Below are positions 28,791-38,225 of a stretch of 64,000 bases of DNA, one piece after another. The stretch lies in the NCBI GenBank assembly GCA_033762915.1, contig JANRLD010000053.1, positions 77,094 to 141,093 on the forward strand, written 5' to 3'. A program made the position numbers and the translations under genes. Under the pieces are notes generated by a model. That model was not told where the DNA came from and searched no databases. It was given only the letters and a program-made list of their open reading frames with translations. The number at the start of each line of letters is the position of its first letter. The stretch's first letter is position 1. This stretch comes from Meiothermus sp. Lineage in GTDB: Bacteria; Deinococcota; Deinococci; Deinococcales; Thermaceae.

Positions 28791-30095
28791 ATGTCGCTAA
28801 GAAACTCAGCCCTCGGGCTGGGGCTGGTGCTGGTGGTCGGCGGAGCGGTGGCCTGGTGGGGGTTCAGCCGCAGCCAGGACAGCACCGCCGCGCCCGCGCA
28901 AGACCCCAGCGCCGTCACCGCCCCCAATACGGTAGCCCCCGCGCCCAGCCCCGACCCGGCTTCCTCGCCGGACGCCCAGGCCCAGTTCAACCAGAACCGG
29001 GCGCTGCTCGAGAACGAGCGCAACACCATCGACGTGGTGCAGCGCACCGGTGACGGGGTGATCTACGTGGCGGTGCGCTCGGCCCCCCAGGCCACCTCCA
29101 ACAACCGCGACTTCTTCAGCCAATTCCTGCAAGACCAGCCCCGGGAGGGCGAGGGCTCGGGCTTCGTGATCGAGGCCAACGGGCTGGCCCTGACCAACTA
29201 CCATGTCGTCGAGGACGTGGCCCAGGGCGGCGGCGAGATCACCGTGCGCTTCCACAACGACCCCAAGAGCTACCCGGCCCGCATCGTGGGCACAGCAGAG
29301 CCGCTGGACATGGCCCTGATCCGCATCGAAGCCCCCAGCGCCAAGTTCAAGCCAATGCCGCTGGGCAACTCCGACCAGGTGCGCGTGGGGCAGAAGACCA
29401 TCGCCATGGGCAACCCCTTCGGCCTCGAGTTCACCGTCACCGAGGGCATCGTCTCGGCGGTGCGGCGCAACCCCAGCGACACCGGCGGCTTCGTCCCCAG
29501 CGTGATCCAGACCGACGCCGCCATCAACCCCGGCAACTCCGGCGGGCCGCTGCTCAACTCGTCCGGCCAGGTCATCGGGATTAACAGCTTCATCTACTCC
29601 ACCTCCGGCGGCTTCGGCGGGCAGGCCCAGTCGGCGGGCATCGGCTTCGCCATCCCCATCAACCTGGCCAAGCAGTACCTGCCCGACCTCAAGGCCGGGC
29701 GCCGCCTGACCCAGGAGGAGCTGATCCGCTCGAGGCCGCGTCTGGGCATCTCGCTCTCGCCCGGCTCGATGGCCGAGTACCCCGCCGAGGTGCGCCGCCA
29801 GAATCGTCTTCCCGAGAACGGCATCATGGTGGCCGAAGTCGAGGCGGGCGGCCCCGCCCAGCGGGCCGGTTTGCGGGCCGCCACCCGCAGCACCCCCATC
29901 CAGACCCCCCAGGGCACCGTCCAGCTCCCCATCAACGGCGACATCATCCAGGCGGCCGACGGCAACCCCATCAACAGCCTGGCCGACCTCCGCGCCATCC
30001 TCGCCTCTAAGCCTCCGGGCCAGACCATCGCGCTCAAGGTCTGGCGTGGCGGGCAGACAGTGACGGTGAACGTGGTGCCGCAGATTATTCGGTAA
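28791..30095 (+). CDS. HtrA/DegP-like S1C serine protease with one PDZ domain
   Basis: GSGFVI, TNYHVV, DMALI, QTDAAINPGNSGGPL, GIGFAIP; N-terminal membrane anchor. Confidence 0.95.
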   Translation: MSLRNSALGLGLVLVVGGAVAWWGFSRSQDSTAAPAQDPSAVTAPNTVAPAPSPDPASSPDAQAQFNQNRALLENERNTIDVVQRTGDGVIYVAVRSAPQATSNNRDFFSQFLQDQPREGEGSGFVIEANGLALTNYHVVEDVAQGGGEITVRFHNDPKSYPARIVGTAEPLDMALIRIEAPSAKFKPMPLGNSDQVRVGQKTIAMGNPFGLEFTVTEGIVSAVRRNPSDTGGFVPSVIQTDAAINPGNSGGPLLNSSGQVIGINSFIYSTSGGFGGQAQSAGIGFAIPINLAKQYLPDLKAGRRLTQEELIRSRPRLGISLSPGSMAEYPAEVRRQNRLPENGIMVAEVEAGGPAQRAGLRAATRSTPIQTPQGTVQLPINGDIIQAADGNPINSLADLRAILASKPPGQTIALKVWRGGQTVTVNVVPQIIR

Positions 30096-30227
30096 GAGTC
30101 ATAGTTGTAGGTCCTGCGCCAAAACTCAGTTTTTCCGTCGGGCCGCCCTTACCGGCGGCCTCTTCGCTCGAGCTTGGATTTTCCCCCTCCGCGTGCTACC
30201 CTCGAGATTCTTGCCAGGGGGCTCATC

Positions 30228-31265
30228 ATGCACCGCGAAACCGTCCTCACCACCGCCAAAGCCCACGCCCCTGGGGAGCTGACCTACATGGCCCTGCAGG
30301 GCTCGAGGCTCTTCGGCTCACACGGCCCGCAGTCGGATTTCGACTTCAAGGCGATCTACCTGCCGCCGCTCATCGACGTTCTGGACAGCCGCCAGAAGGA
30401 CTCGCTAACGGTCAAGGACGAGGGGTTCGAGATCACCCTGTGGAGCTTCGCCTTCTGGCTGCGGCTGTTGTCGAACGGCGACACCAACGCCATTGACCTG
30501 TACTTCGCCCACACCCACCCCGAGGGCGTCTGGCTGGACAGCCCCTTGGTGGGGCGGCTGCGCGAGGTCTGCCCGGCCACCCGAATCCTGCCCCGCGGGC
30601 TGATGGGGATGCGCGGCTTCGCCCGCTCCCAGGCGATCAAGTACGGGGCTAAGGGCGACCACTACGCCGTCGCCAAGGCGGTGCTCGAGGCCGCCAACCG
30701 CTACGAGGTTACGGCTTTGCCGGAATCGCGCAAGCGACTCGCCTACGCCGCCCGCACCGATCTGCCTCGAGTCGGCGCTTTCTGGCAGGAATACGGCAGC
30801 ACCCCCGCCGCCCGGGACCTCCAGCGCCGGTTCCCCCAGAAGCTGCGCCTGGCCAACGCCCCGGACGGCGTGGCCTGCCTGAAGGTGCTGGACAAGCTGT
30901 TCTACCTCGAGTCCCCCTTGGGGTTAATGCAGTCCGCCCTGCGCGGGGTGGTGGGGTCGTACGGCAAGCGCTCCATCGAAGCTGGGGAGCGGGGCAAGGG
31001 CGCGGACTGGAAGGCGCTCTCGCACTCGTTACGGGTGCTCGACGAGGTGATCGAACTCCACTCCAAGGGCCGCGTGGACTTCCCGCTGAGGGACGCCGAC
31101 CTGCACCGCCGCATCAAGCTGGGCGAACTCGAGTACGGCGCGGTGCTGGGAATACTCGAGCAACGCGAGGAGGAAGCCACCGAGGCCGAGCGGCTCAGCG
31201 TCCTGAGCGAACACACCGACCGCGAAGCGCTGGATAAGATGTTGAAAGAGGCCTATAAGCTGTAG
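30228..31265 (+). CDS. Pol-beta superfamily nucleotidyltransferase, RlaP/Nuc-transf (T4 NrdC.11-like) type
   Basis: GSRLFG....SDFDFKAIYLP, L.NGDTNAIDL, C-terminal YGKRS...DWKALSH.LRV..E..EL...G...FPL.....RIK.G. Confidence 0.8.
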   Translation: MHRETVLTTAKAHAPGELTYMALQGSRLFGSHGPQSDFDFKAIYLPPLIDVLDSRQKDSLTVKDEGFEITLWSFAFWLRLLSNGDTNAIDLYFAHTHPEGVWLDSPLVGRLREVCPATRILPRGLMGMRGFARSQAIKYGAKGDHYAVAKAVLEAANRYEVTALPESRKRLAYAARTDLPRVGAFWQEYGSTPAARDLQRRFPQKLRLANAPDGVACLKVLDKLFYLESPLGLMQSALRGVVGSYGKRSIEAGERGKGADWKALSHSLRVLDEVIELHSKGRVDFPLRDADLHRRIKLGELEYGAVLGILEQREEEATEAERLSVLSEHTDREALDKMLKEAYKL

Positions 31266-31281
31266 TTATTATCTAGAAAAT

Positions 31282-32076
31282 ATGGATGAAAATGCGCTAA
31301 TTGCCCTTTTGCAATCGGAGTGGGGTAGTCTCAAGAAACCCTATAAGTTTGGGTATGACGATGGTAGTGGATTTCGCTTGTATAGGTCGATAAATTTCTC
31401 AGAGCTAACTGATGATGCAAAAGCGCGGCTGTGTGAAATTGCTATTATCTATAGCTCCCCGAACTTGGGCTCAATGATCTCTGATGAAGATATCCCGTGG
31501 GTTCTTAGCGGCTTTGCGACCGATCTGGCATACTCCTCATTGGCCACTAGAAGAAAGATTCCTCTAGTAACAGCAATCAACATAATTCTAGAGAAGCCCC
31601 GTTTCCTCAACCTATTGGGTTTGCCTTTTTTCAATGAACACTTTGCTGTAGTTACCCCTTATCTAATCGCTGAGCTTGAATTATGGACGCGAATAAACTC
31701 TCCATACTTAAACTTTCAAGGACTTGTAACCAAAGAGATTCCAAAAACTGTTGCAGCTCCTAAGAGGCACAAGCAAAAAGCTAAGAAACGAGGTACGCGA
31801 GAAAACCGTATAGGAGTTGCCCTTAGATCTATGCTCTTTAGAAACAAGTCGGATCTGGCTCAGCGGATAAAGCGGCTAGATCGGGGATTTAAGGCTTACG
31901 AGGTTATGGAGAATGGCAACCCCAGGAGGATTGAGTCGATTGCTGACCGAATCGATCACACTAGAAACCTAATCATGCATGGAGAAGCCAACCTGATACC
32001 ATCTGAGGCTTATTTCTTTGCTTTCCTACTAGCTATCTACTTTTACTCGATGGACAAATCGGTTTTAGGAAGTTGA
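31282..32076 (+). CDS. AT-rich hypothetical protein with a C-terminal HEPN-like RNase motif
   Basis: RNLIMHG (R-x4-H) at 31963-31983 in a helical C-terminus; composition much more AT-rich than both neighbours. Confidence 0.65.
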   Translation: MDENALIALLQSEWGSLKKPYKFGYDDGSGFRLYRSINFSELTDDAKARLCEIAIIYSSPNLGSMISDEDIPWVLSGFATDLAYSSLATRRKIPLVTAINIILEKPRFLNLLGLPFFNEHFAVVTPYLIAELELWTRINSPYLNFQGLVTKEIPKTVAAPKRHKQKAKKRGTRENRIGVALRSMLFRNKSDLAQRIKRLDRGFKAYEVMENGNPRRIESIADRIDHTRNLIMHGEANLIPSEAYFFAFLLAIYFYSMDKSVLGS

Positions 32077-32079
32077 TAT

Positions 32080-33360
32080 ATGACCCACCTCAAAATCCTC
32101 CACCAGCTCTCCTTCCTCCCCGACCTCTACCTGGTGGGCGGGGCGGTGCGCGACATCCTGATGGGGCGCACGCCGGAGGACCTGGACTTCGCCACCTCCG
32201 CGCCGCCGGAGCGCGTCATGGAGCTGGCCCAGGCGCACGGCCTGGGGGCGGTTCCCACCGGCATCGAGCACGGCACCATCACCGTGCTGATCGACCACAC
32301 GCCCTACGAGGTGACCACCTTCCGGCACGACCTCGAGCCCGACGGGCGCAGGGCCAAGGTGGTGTGGGGCGGTTCCATCCACGAAGACTTGGCCCGCCGG
32401 GATTTCACCATCGGGGCCATCGCGATGAGCCCGGCGGGCGAGGTGCTCGACCCCTTTGGCGGACAGGCCGACCTCGAGGCCAAGGTCTTGCGGGCGGTAG
32501 GCGAGCCGCGCCAGCGCTTCGCCGAAGACTACCTGCGGGTGATCCGGGCCGGGCGGTTCGCGGCGCGGTACGGCTTCGAGATCGAGAGGGAGACCCTGGA
32601 AGCCGCCCAGGGGGCCGCCCCCTGGGTGCTGCACCACGTCGCCATCGAGCGCGTCACCGCCGAGTTCGACAAGGCGTTTGCCCACCCCAACGCCAGCTGC
32701 TTCGTGCGCTACATGTTCGAGCTGCAGATCTTGCAGCAGCTCATCCCCGAGTTCGAGAACGCCGATCAGCTCTGGCAGAACCCCCGCTGGCACCCCGAGG
32801 GCGACGTGCTGACGCATGTGCTCGAGGTGATAGACCGCGCCCCGCCGCCCTACCGCTGGCACGCCCTGCTGCACGACATCGGCAAGGCCGACACGGCGAA
32901 GTGGAAGCCCGAGGGCTGGTACTCCTTCCACGGCCACGAGTTTGTCGGGGCCGACCTGATCCCCCGCATCGCCGCCGACCTCAAGCTGCCCAACGCGCTG
33001 CGCGACGAGCTGATCGTCACCACACGGCTGCACATGTACCCCGCCTTCACCCCACCCACCGGGCGCAACATCCGCAAGTTCCAGGCTGATGCGGGCCAGC
33101 ACCTGGCCGCCCTCGAGGCTGTCTGCCGCGCCGACGCCGGGAACCGCCGCGACCCGGACACCTGGAAGTTCTTCGAGCCCCAGCCCGTCCCCATCCAGCC
33201 CATCTTGAGCGGGCGCGACCTCATTAAGCGCGGGCACCCGCCGGACAAGGCCTTCGGGAAGATGCTGCGGGCGGCTTTTGAGTGGCAGCTCGAGACCGGT
33301 GAGACCAACAAAGAGCGGCTGTACCGGGCGGCGCTGGGGGCGTTGGAAGTTGAAGGTTGA
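32080..33360 (+). CDS. Class II tRNA nucleotidyltransferase (CCA-adding/poly(A) polymerase family) with HD domain
   Basis: VGGAVRD....PEDLDFAT, G..HGT, EVTTFR, EDLARRDFT, EDYLR..RA.RF, ER...EF, WHPEGDV.TH, LLHDIGK. Confidence 0.92.
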   Translation: MTHLKILHQLSFLPDLYLVGGAVRDILMGRTPEDLDFATSAPPERVMELAQAHGLGAVPTGIEHGTITVLIDHTPYEVTTFRHDLEPDGRRAKVVWGGSIHEDLARRDFTIGAIAMSPAGEVLDPFGGQADLEAKVLRAVGEPRQRFAEDYLRVIRAGRFAARYGFEIERETLEAAQGAAPWVLHHVAIERVTAEFDKAFAHPNASCFVRYMFELQILQQLIPEFENADQLWQNPRWHPEGDVLTHVLEVIDRAPPPYRWHALLHDIGKADTAKWKPEGWYSFHGHEFVGADLIPRIAADLKLPNALRDELIVTTRLHMYPAFTPPTGRNIRKFQADAGQHLAALEAVCRADAGNRRDPDTWKFFEPQPVPIQPILSGRDLIKRGHPPDKAFGKMLRAAFEWQLETGETNKERLYRAALGALEVEG

Positions 33361-33403
33361 CAGCTGAGGGTTGAACGACGGCAAAGGTAACCGACGAAAG
33401 TCG

Positions 33404-33444
33404 AGCGGAGGAGGGCTGTGCCGAGGTTGGGATTGCTATTGACT
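33404..33444. repeat. Dispersed repeat family C, copy 2
   Basis: agcggaggagggctgtgccgaggttggg, an inverted match to 25376-25403. Confidence 0.65.
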
Positions 33445-33458
33445 CTGACCTGCGACCC

Positions 33459-34880
33459 TCAGTAATACCTCGAGGGGTTCACGTAGAAATAGTTCCCATC
33501 GTCGTTGAGGATGGCCACCTGGAACCAAAGTTGCTCGGTGGGGATCAAGACCCCGCCGCCGGTGAAGCCGATCAGCTGCCGCCGGTCCACCCGCTGGCCC
33601 TCGCTCACGCGCACGTCTTGCAGGTTGGTGTAGGTGGTGATGACCCGCTCGGAGTGCTGTATCGCCACGGTGTAGCCGTAATTGGATACGAAAAAGGTCG
33701 AGATCACCCGCCCCGGCGCTGCGGCGAGTACCTGCATCCCCGCCGAGCTGCCCTCGATGGTCTGGTAGTCGTTGCCGCCCGCCCCGTAGCCCGCCGTGAT
33801 CCGACCGCCCGGCATCGGGAAAGCCAGGCCCCCCACCAGCTCACGCGGCACCGCCCGGGCCTCGACCTGGCGATCGATGTCGCGCTGATCCTGGGCGGCC
33901 TGCTGCTGGCGGCGCTCCTCGGCGGCGCGGGCCTCGCGGGCCTCCTGGGCCCGCCTGGCCTCCTCGAGCCGCCGTATACGGGCGGCCTCGGCAGCCTGGC
34001 GGCGGCGCTCCTCGGCCAGCCTCGCCTGGCGCTCCGCCTCGAGCCTGCGGCGCTCCTCGGCGATGCGGCGCAGCTCGCTGCCGATGCGCCCCTGGATGCC
34101 CCCGAACTCGCGCCGGAGCTGCTGCTGGGCCACCAGGGTCTCGCGCAGCAGGGCCTGCCGCCCCACACTCTGCTGGCGCAGGTTAGCCACCACGAGCTGG
34201 ATGCTCCGCTGGTTCTGGGCGAGCTGGCCGATCCGGGCGTCGCGCTCGAGCTTGGCCTGATTCAGGTTGTTGACCAGCAGTTGCAACCGGTCGCGCTCCT
34301 CGTTCAGCGAGCGCACGGTGTTGTTGATCTGGTCCATCAGGTCGGTCTGGGTCGAGCCCAGAATCCCCACCCACCGGCTGCGCACGGCCAGGTCGGTGAA
34401 GGACTGTGCCCGCAGCAGCGGCAGGTAGCGGGCGGCCCGCTCACGGTGCAGGCTGTTGAGCAGGGTCGAGAGCCGCTGCTTGAGCCCCTCGAGGCGCTTC
34501 TCGAGGTCGGCGATGCGGGCCTCGGCCTCGCGCTGCTGGCCCTGCAACAGCCCGATCTGCTCCTCGATCTGGCGGCGCTCGCGCTCGAGCCGGGTAATCT
34601 CGCCCTCGAGCCGCCGGAACTGCCCCAGCTGCTGCTGGGTGGCCGCGTCCAGGTTGGCCAGGTCGAGGTTGAGCGCATTAATCCGGGCCTGCTGCTGCTG
34701 CTGCAACTGCCGGTTCTGCTCGGCGGCTTGGCGGAGCTGATCCAGGAGATTGTTCTGGGCCAGGGCGGGGGCGAAAAGCAAAAGGGCGAGAACGGAGAAA
34801 AGAGGAAGGAGGAAGGAACAAGCCCGGGGCTCGAGGCGTGCCTTCTCTTCCCTCGTCCCCCTTCCTGCTCTCCCCCTCAT
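33459..34880 (-). CDS. envC: EnvC-like murein hydrolase activator (coiled coil plus degenerate M23 domain)
   Basis: Signal peptide, long coiled coil, V.AAA.G.V....YG..V.I.H...T.Y.NL..V..G..V..Q.IG lacking Zn ligands; coupled to ftsX. Confidence 0.8.
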   Translation of the reverse strand: MRGRAGRGTREEKARLEPRACSFLLPLFSVLALLLFAPALAQNNLLDQLRQAAEQNRQLQQQQQARINALNLDLANLDAATQQQLGQFRRLEGEITRLERERRQIEEQIGLLQGQQREAEARIADLEKRLEGLKQRLSTLLNSLHRERAARYLPLLRAQSFTDLAVRSRWVGILGSTQTDLMDQINNTVRSLNEERDRLQLLVNNLNQAKLERDARIGQLAQNQRSIQLVVANLRQQSVGRQALLRETLVAQQQLRREFGGIQGRIGSELRRIAEERRRLEAERQARLAEERRRQAAEAARIRRLEEARRAQEAREARAAEERRQQQAAQDQRDIDRQVEARAVPRELVGGLAFPMPGGRITAGYGAGGNDYQTIEGSSAGMQVLAAAPGRVISTFFVSNYGYTVAIQHSERVITTYTNLQDVRVSEGQRVDRRQLIGFTGGGVLIPTEQLWFQVAILNDDGNYFYVNPSRYY

Positions 34881-35737
34881 AAGTCCTGCTCCTTGAGGTT
34901 CGCCCGGCTGGCGAAGTAGGCCCCGAAGGCCCCCATCACAAAGGCCAGGAGCATCAGGGCCACCATGCCACGCACCAGGTCCTGGCTACCCAGGACGGGG
35001 AAGAACGGCAGCAGGCTCTGGAGCGCCCCGGAGATGAAGCGGTAGGACAGGAAGCCCAGCCCCAGCGCGACCAGCCCGGAGAACAGCGTCAGCAGGATGC
35101 CCTCGGCCACGAAGGGGCCTTGGATGAAGGCCCTGGTAGCCCCCACCAGTTGCATCACCCGCAGCTCGTCGCGGCGATTCTCGATGGAGAGGCGGATGGT
35201 GCCCATCACGCTGAACAGGGTGTTGACCAGCAGCAGCCCGATCAGGATGTAAGCGGCCACCCGCAGCCCGGCCAGCACCCGCACCAGCTGCTCAGTCAGG
35301 GCCCCGCCGTACTCCACGCTATCGACCCCCTCGAGCCGGCCCACCCGCACGGCGATCTCGCGCACCTGCTCAGGGTTAGAAAGCTTGAGCCGCAGGGTGT
35401 CGGGCAGGGGGTTCTGAATGAACTCCTGGGCCTGGGCCAGGTAGGGATAGTCGAGCAAGAGCTGCCCGAAGGCCTCCTCCTTGCTCTCCAAGCGCACTTC
35501 GGGCACGTCCGTCCAGGTCTGAATCTCGCTCAGGATGACCTGGGTGTTGGCGTCGGGCTTGAGGAAGGCCGCAATCTCGAGCTCGGACTCGAGGGTGCCC
35601 ACCACGCGGTCGAGGTTCCACAGCACCAGCCCCACCAGGAATAGCAGCGAGAATGACACCAGAGCAGTGAACAGAGTGGCGAGCGTGCTGGTCGGGTGCT
35701 GCCACAGCGAGCGCCACGCTTGGGAAAGGGCGTACAC
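34877..35737 (-). CDS. ftsX: Cell division permease-like protein FtsX (probable start GTG 35737)
   Basis: SKEEA...NPLP, TIRLSI..RR.E..VM.LVGAT..FI.GPF..EG. Confidence 0.9.
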   Translation of the reverse strand: MYALSQAWRSLWQHPTSTLATLFTALVSFSLLFLVGLVLWNLDRVVGTLESELEIAAFLKPDANTQVILSEIQTWTDVPEVRLESKEEAFGQLLLDYPYLAQAQEFIQNPLPDTLRLKLSNPEQVREIAVRVGRLEGVDSVEYGGALTEQLVRVLAGLRVAAYILIGLLLVNTLFSVMGTIRLSIENRRDELRVMQLVGATRAFIQGPFVAEGILLTLFSGLVALGLGFLSYRFISGALQSLLPFFPVLGSQDLVRGMVALMLLAFVMGAFGAYFASRANLKEQDL

Positions 35738-36043
35738 GGGCCTTAGTTTACACACAAGGCGGCGCCGGTCGGTTAGCGGGGAGCTAAAGGGCCGGTGAGC
35801 GGTGAGCGATTGGCCATCAGCCGTCAGCCGACTTGCCTTAACCGTTGTCTTTCCGAGATCTGTGGGTTGCCACAACTTCGCTTCCTTACTGCTTAGGATG
35901 TCACCGGTATTGGTTGAGCTGCGGGGTTTATTGACGGCCAACGGCTGTCACTGGCTTGCCACCTCTTGCCGCCGTTCGCCGCCTTCACCCCTTTCCTGCC
36001 TCACATTACGTATCACCCTCTACTCACCCTTTAGAATCTGGGC

Positions 36044-37540
36044 GTGTCCGTCCTATCCAAGCAATTTCTCCCCTATGGCCTCGAGGATTTGCCGGCTATT
36101 TTGGAGGCCCCCAGGGCGGCCCCCCGGGCCGAGCTGAGCGCGGGGCTGGTGGCCTATCTGAAGCGGATCGGGGCACCCCGGGCCAGCCTCGAGGCCGCCC
36201 AACAGCTCGCCCATCCCGGCAGCCGGGTGATCGTGACCGGGCAGCAGGCCGGGCTGCTGACCGGGCCGGCCTACACCTTTTACAAAGCGCACTCGGCCAT
36301 CACGCTGGCGGCGGAGCAGACCACCCCAGAGCGGCCGGTGGTCCCGATGTTCTGGGTGGCCTCGCAGGACCACGACACCGAGGAAATCCGCAGCGCCGAG
36401 CTGCTGGACTTTGATGAACGGGTGTACGCCCTGAGCCTGGGGCTCCCCCCCGCCCGCCCGGCGGGCCGCATCCCTTTCGCGCCGTACTTCAAGGAGGTCC
36501 ACGACCTGCTGCACCAGTTCGGCGGGCTACCCGAAGTGCGCGAGCGCCTCTGCCAGGCCCTGCTGGGCAGCTGGAGCTATGCCGAGGTCTTCGCGCGGCT
36601 GCTGGCCGAGTTTCTGGGCGCTCGAGGGCTGGTGATCCTCGACCCGATGGCCCCCGAGCTGGCCCACCTGTTCGCCCCCGCACTGCAGCGCGAAATCGAA
36701 AACCCCCTGGATTCGTCAGAGGCCATCAACCGAACCGCCGAGGCCATGCGCAAGGCCGGCCTCGAGGTGATCCTGGGCCGCGGCGAGGCGGCCACCAACC
36801 TGTTCCTCGAGGGCGACGACGGGGTGCGCCGGCTGCTGCGCTGGCGCGAGGGGCGCTTCGAGGACGGCGAAAAAACCTACTCCAAGTCCGAGCTGCTGGG
36901 GCTGCTCGAGGCCGCGCCCTCGCGCATCACCCCGGCGGCGGGCCTGCGCCCGGTGGTGCAGGATACCGTGCTGCCCACCGCAGGCTTTGTGGTGGGGCCG
37001 GGCGAGCTTAAATACGTGAGCGAGCTGGGAGGGGTCTACGCGCTGCACGGCCTAACCCACCCCGCCGTGATCCGGCGGATGGGGGTGACGGTGCTCGAGC
37101 CCCCCGTGGTGCGGATACTCGAGAAGTACGGCCTCGAGCCCTGGGCTTTCCAGGCCGACCCCGACGGGCTCTTTAAGCAAGCCCTGGCCGGTCAGGACGA
37201 GACCGTGCAGAAGCTGCGGAGCCACCTCAGCAACATCCAGACCGAGTTCGAGGCGGTGAAGGAACTGCTCCCCGACCCGACCCTACAGCGCCCCCGTCAC
37301 CGGGCCAGCATGCGGGTGGGCCACGAGATCGAACGCCTCGAGCGCAAGCTCCTTGACGCCGCGCTGCGCCAGGAGAACACGGTGGGGACACAGTTCGCCC
37401 GCCTCCAGCGCCACCTGGTGCCCAAGGTTCCACAGGAGCGCCACTACCCCTTCCTGATGTACCTGCTCAAGCACGGGGAGATTGTGTTGAGGCGGCTCGA
37501 GGGCCTACCCGCCTCGGGGAACCATACCCTGGCGATCTGA
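36044..37540 (+). CDS. bshC: Bacillithiol biosynthesis protein BshC
   Basis: VTGQQAGLL.GP.YT.YKA, FW.AS.DHD..E, LRPVVQD..LPT...V.GPGE..Y, PQER. Confidence 0.93.
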   Translation: MSVLSKQFLPYGLEDLPAILEAPRAAPRAELSAGLVAYLKRIGAPRASLEAAQQLAHPGSRVIVTGQQAGLLTGPAYTFYKAHSAITLAAEQTTPERPVVPMFWVASQDHDTEEIRSAELLDFDERVYALSLGLPPARPAGRIPFAPYFKEVHDLLHQFGGLPEVRERLCQALLGSWSYAEVFARLLAEFLGARGLVILDPMAPELAHLFAPALQREIENPLDSSEAINRTAEAMRKAGLEVILGRGEAATNLFLEGDDGVRRLLRWREGRFEDGEKTYSKSELLGLLEAAPSRITPAAGLRPVVQDTVLPTAGFVVGPGELKYVSELGGVYALHGLTHPAVIRRMGVTVLEPPVVRILEKYGLEPWAFQADPDGLFKQALAGQDETVQKLRSHLSNIQTEFEAVKELLPDPTLQRPRHRASMRVGHEIERLERKLLDAALRQENTVGTQFARLQRHLVPKVPQERHYPFLMYLLKHGEIVLRRLEGLPASGNHTLAI

Positions 37541-37552
37541 TGAAAGTACAAT

Positions 37553-38059
37553 ATGAAAAGCTCGCTGATACTTCTATTTGTCAATATCTTTAGCGCCGTC
37601 CTGGCCGCCCCCTTCATCGGGGTGAAGGACACCAACGCCAAACTCGAGCGCTTCCTGGCCACCTCCTTCTGCAAGACCTACGGCTGCACCTTTCAGGCCA
37701 GGGTGCTGGACAACGCGGTCCTCGAGATCTACAAATACGACTTCGGCCTGAGCCGGCTGGACGGCGCGGCAGTGCAGGTCGAGACGGTGGCCGGGGAGGT
37801 GATCGGCCTCGAGGCCAACTTCCCCAACCGCAAGGCTTTGGGTGCTCGAGACCTCGAGGCCATGAGGGCCCTGGTCGAGCTGGCCGCCGGCCGCAAGATC
37901 GACTACCCCTACGCCCGCAACTGCACCCAAAACGAGCCCGGTAAGCCGCAGGACTCCGGCAAGGTGGCCGGCTTCTTGTTCCGGGTTAACTGCTACCGCT
38001 TCCCCGGCACCGTGGACGGGGCCTGGGAGTACAACCTAAAGGCCTGGCTACCGGGGTAG
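37553..38059 (+). CDS. Hypothetical secreted protein with two cysteine pairs
   Basis: Signal peptide ending VLA-A; GC3-rich coding pattern. Confidence 0.7.
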   Translation: MKSSLILLFVNIFSAVLAAPFIGVKDTNAKLERFLATSFCKTYGCTFQARVLDNAVLEIYKYDFGLSRLDGAAVQVETVAGEVIGLEANFPNRKALGARDLEAMRALVELAAGRKIDYPYARNCTQNEPGKPQDSGKVAGFLFRVNCYRFPGTVDGAWEYNLKAWLPG

Positions 38060-38104
38060 AGGACTCGTAGCGCGTGGCCTGTACGCTTGCTTAAGTGTCT
38101 TCGT

Positions 38105-38225
38105 ATTTGGAATGCGAAGTTTCACCTGCCAGCTCCCGTAGGGGATTGGGCCTCGGGTAGCCACTCCTCCCAGGCAGGTATCTACCCTATCCGCCGATTC
38201 TGTACTTCCACCCTGGCGCAACTTA
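38105..38225 (+). repeat. Dispersed intergenic repeat family A, copy 3
   Basis: Near-colinear with 11280-11336 and with the reverse complement of 6758-6856; ends at the kynA stop codon. Confidence 0.7.
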
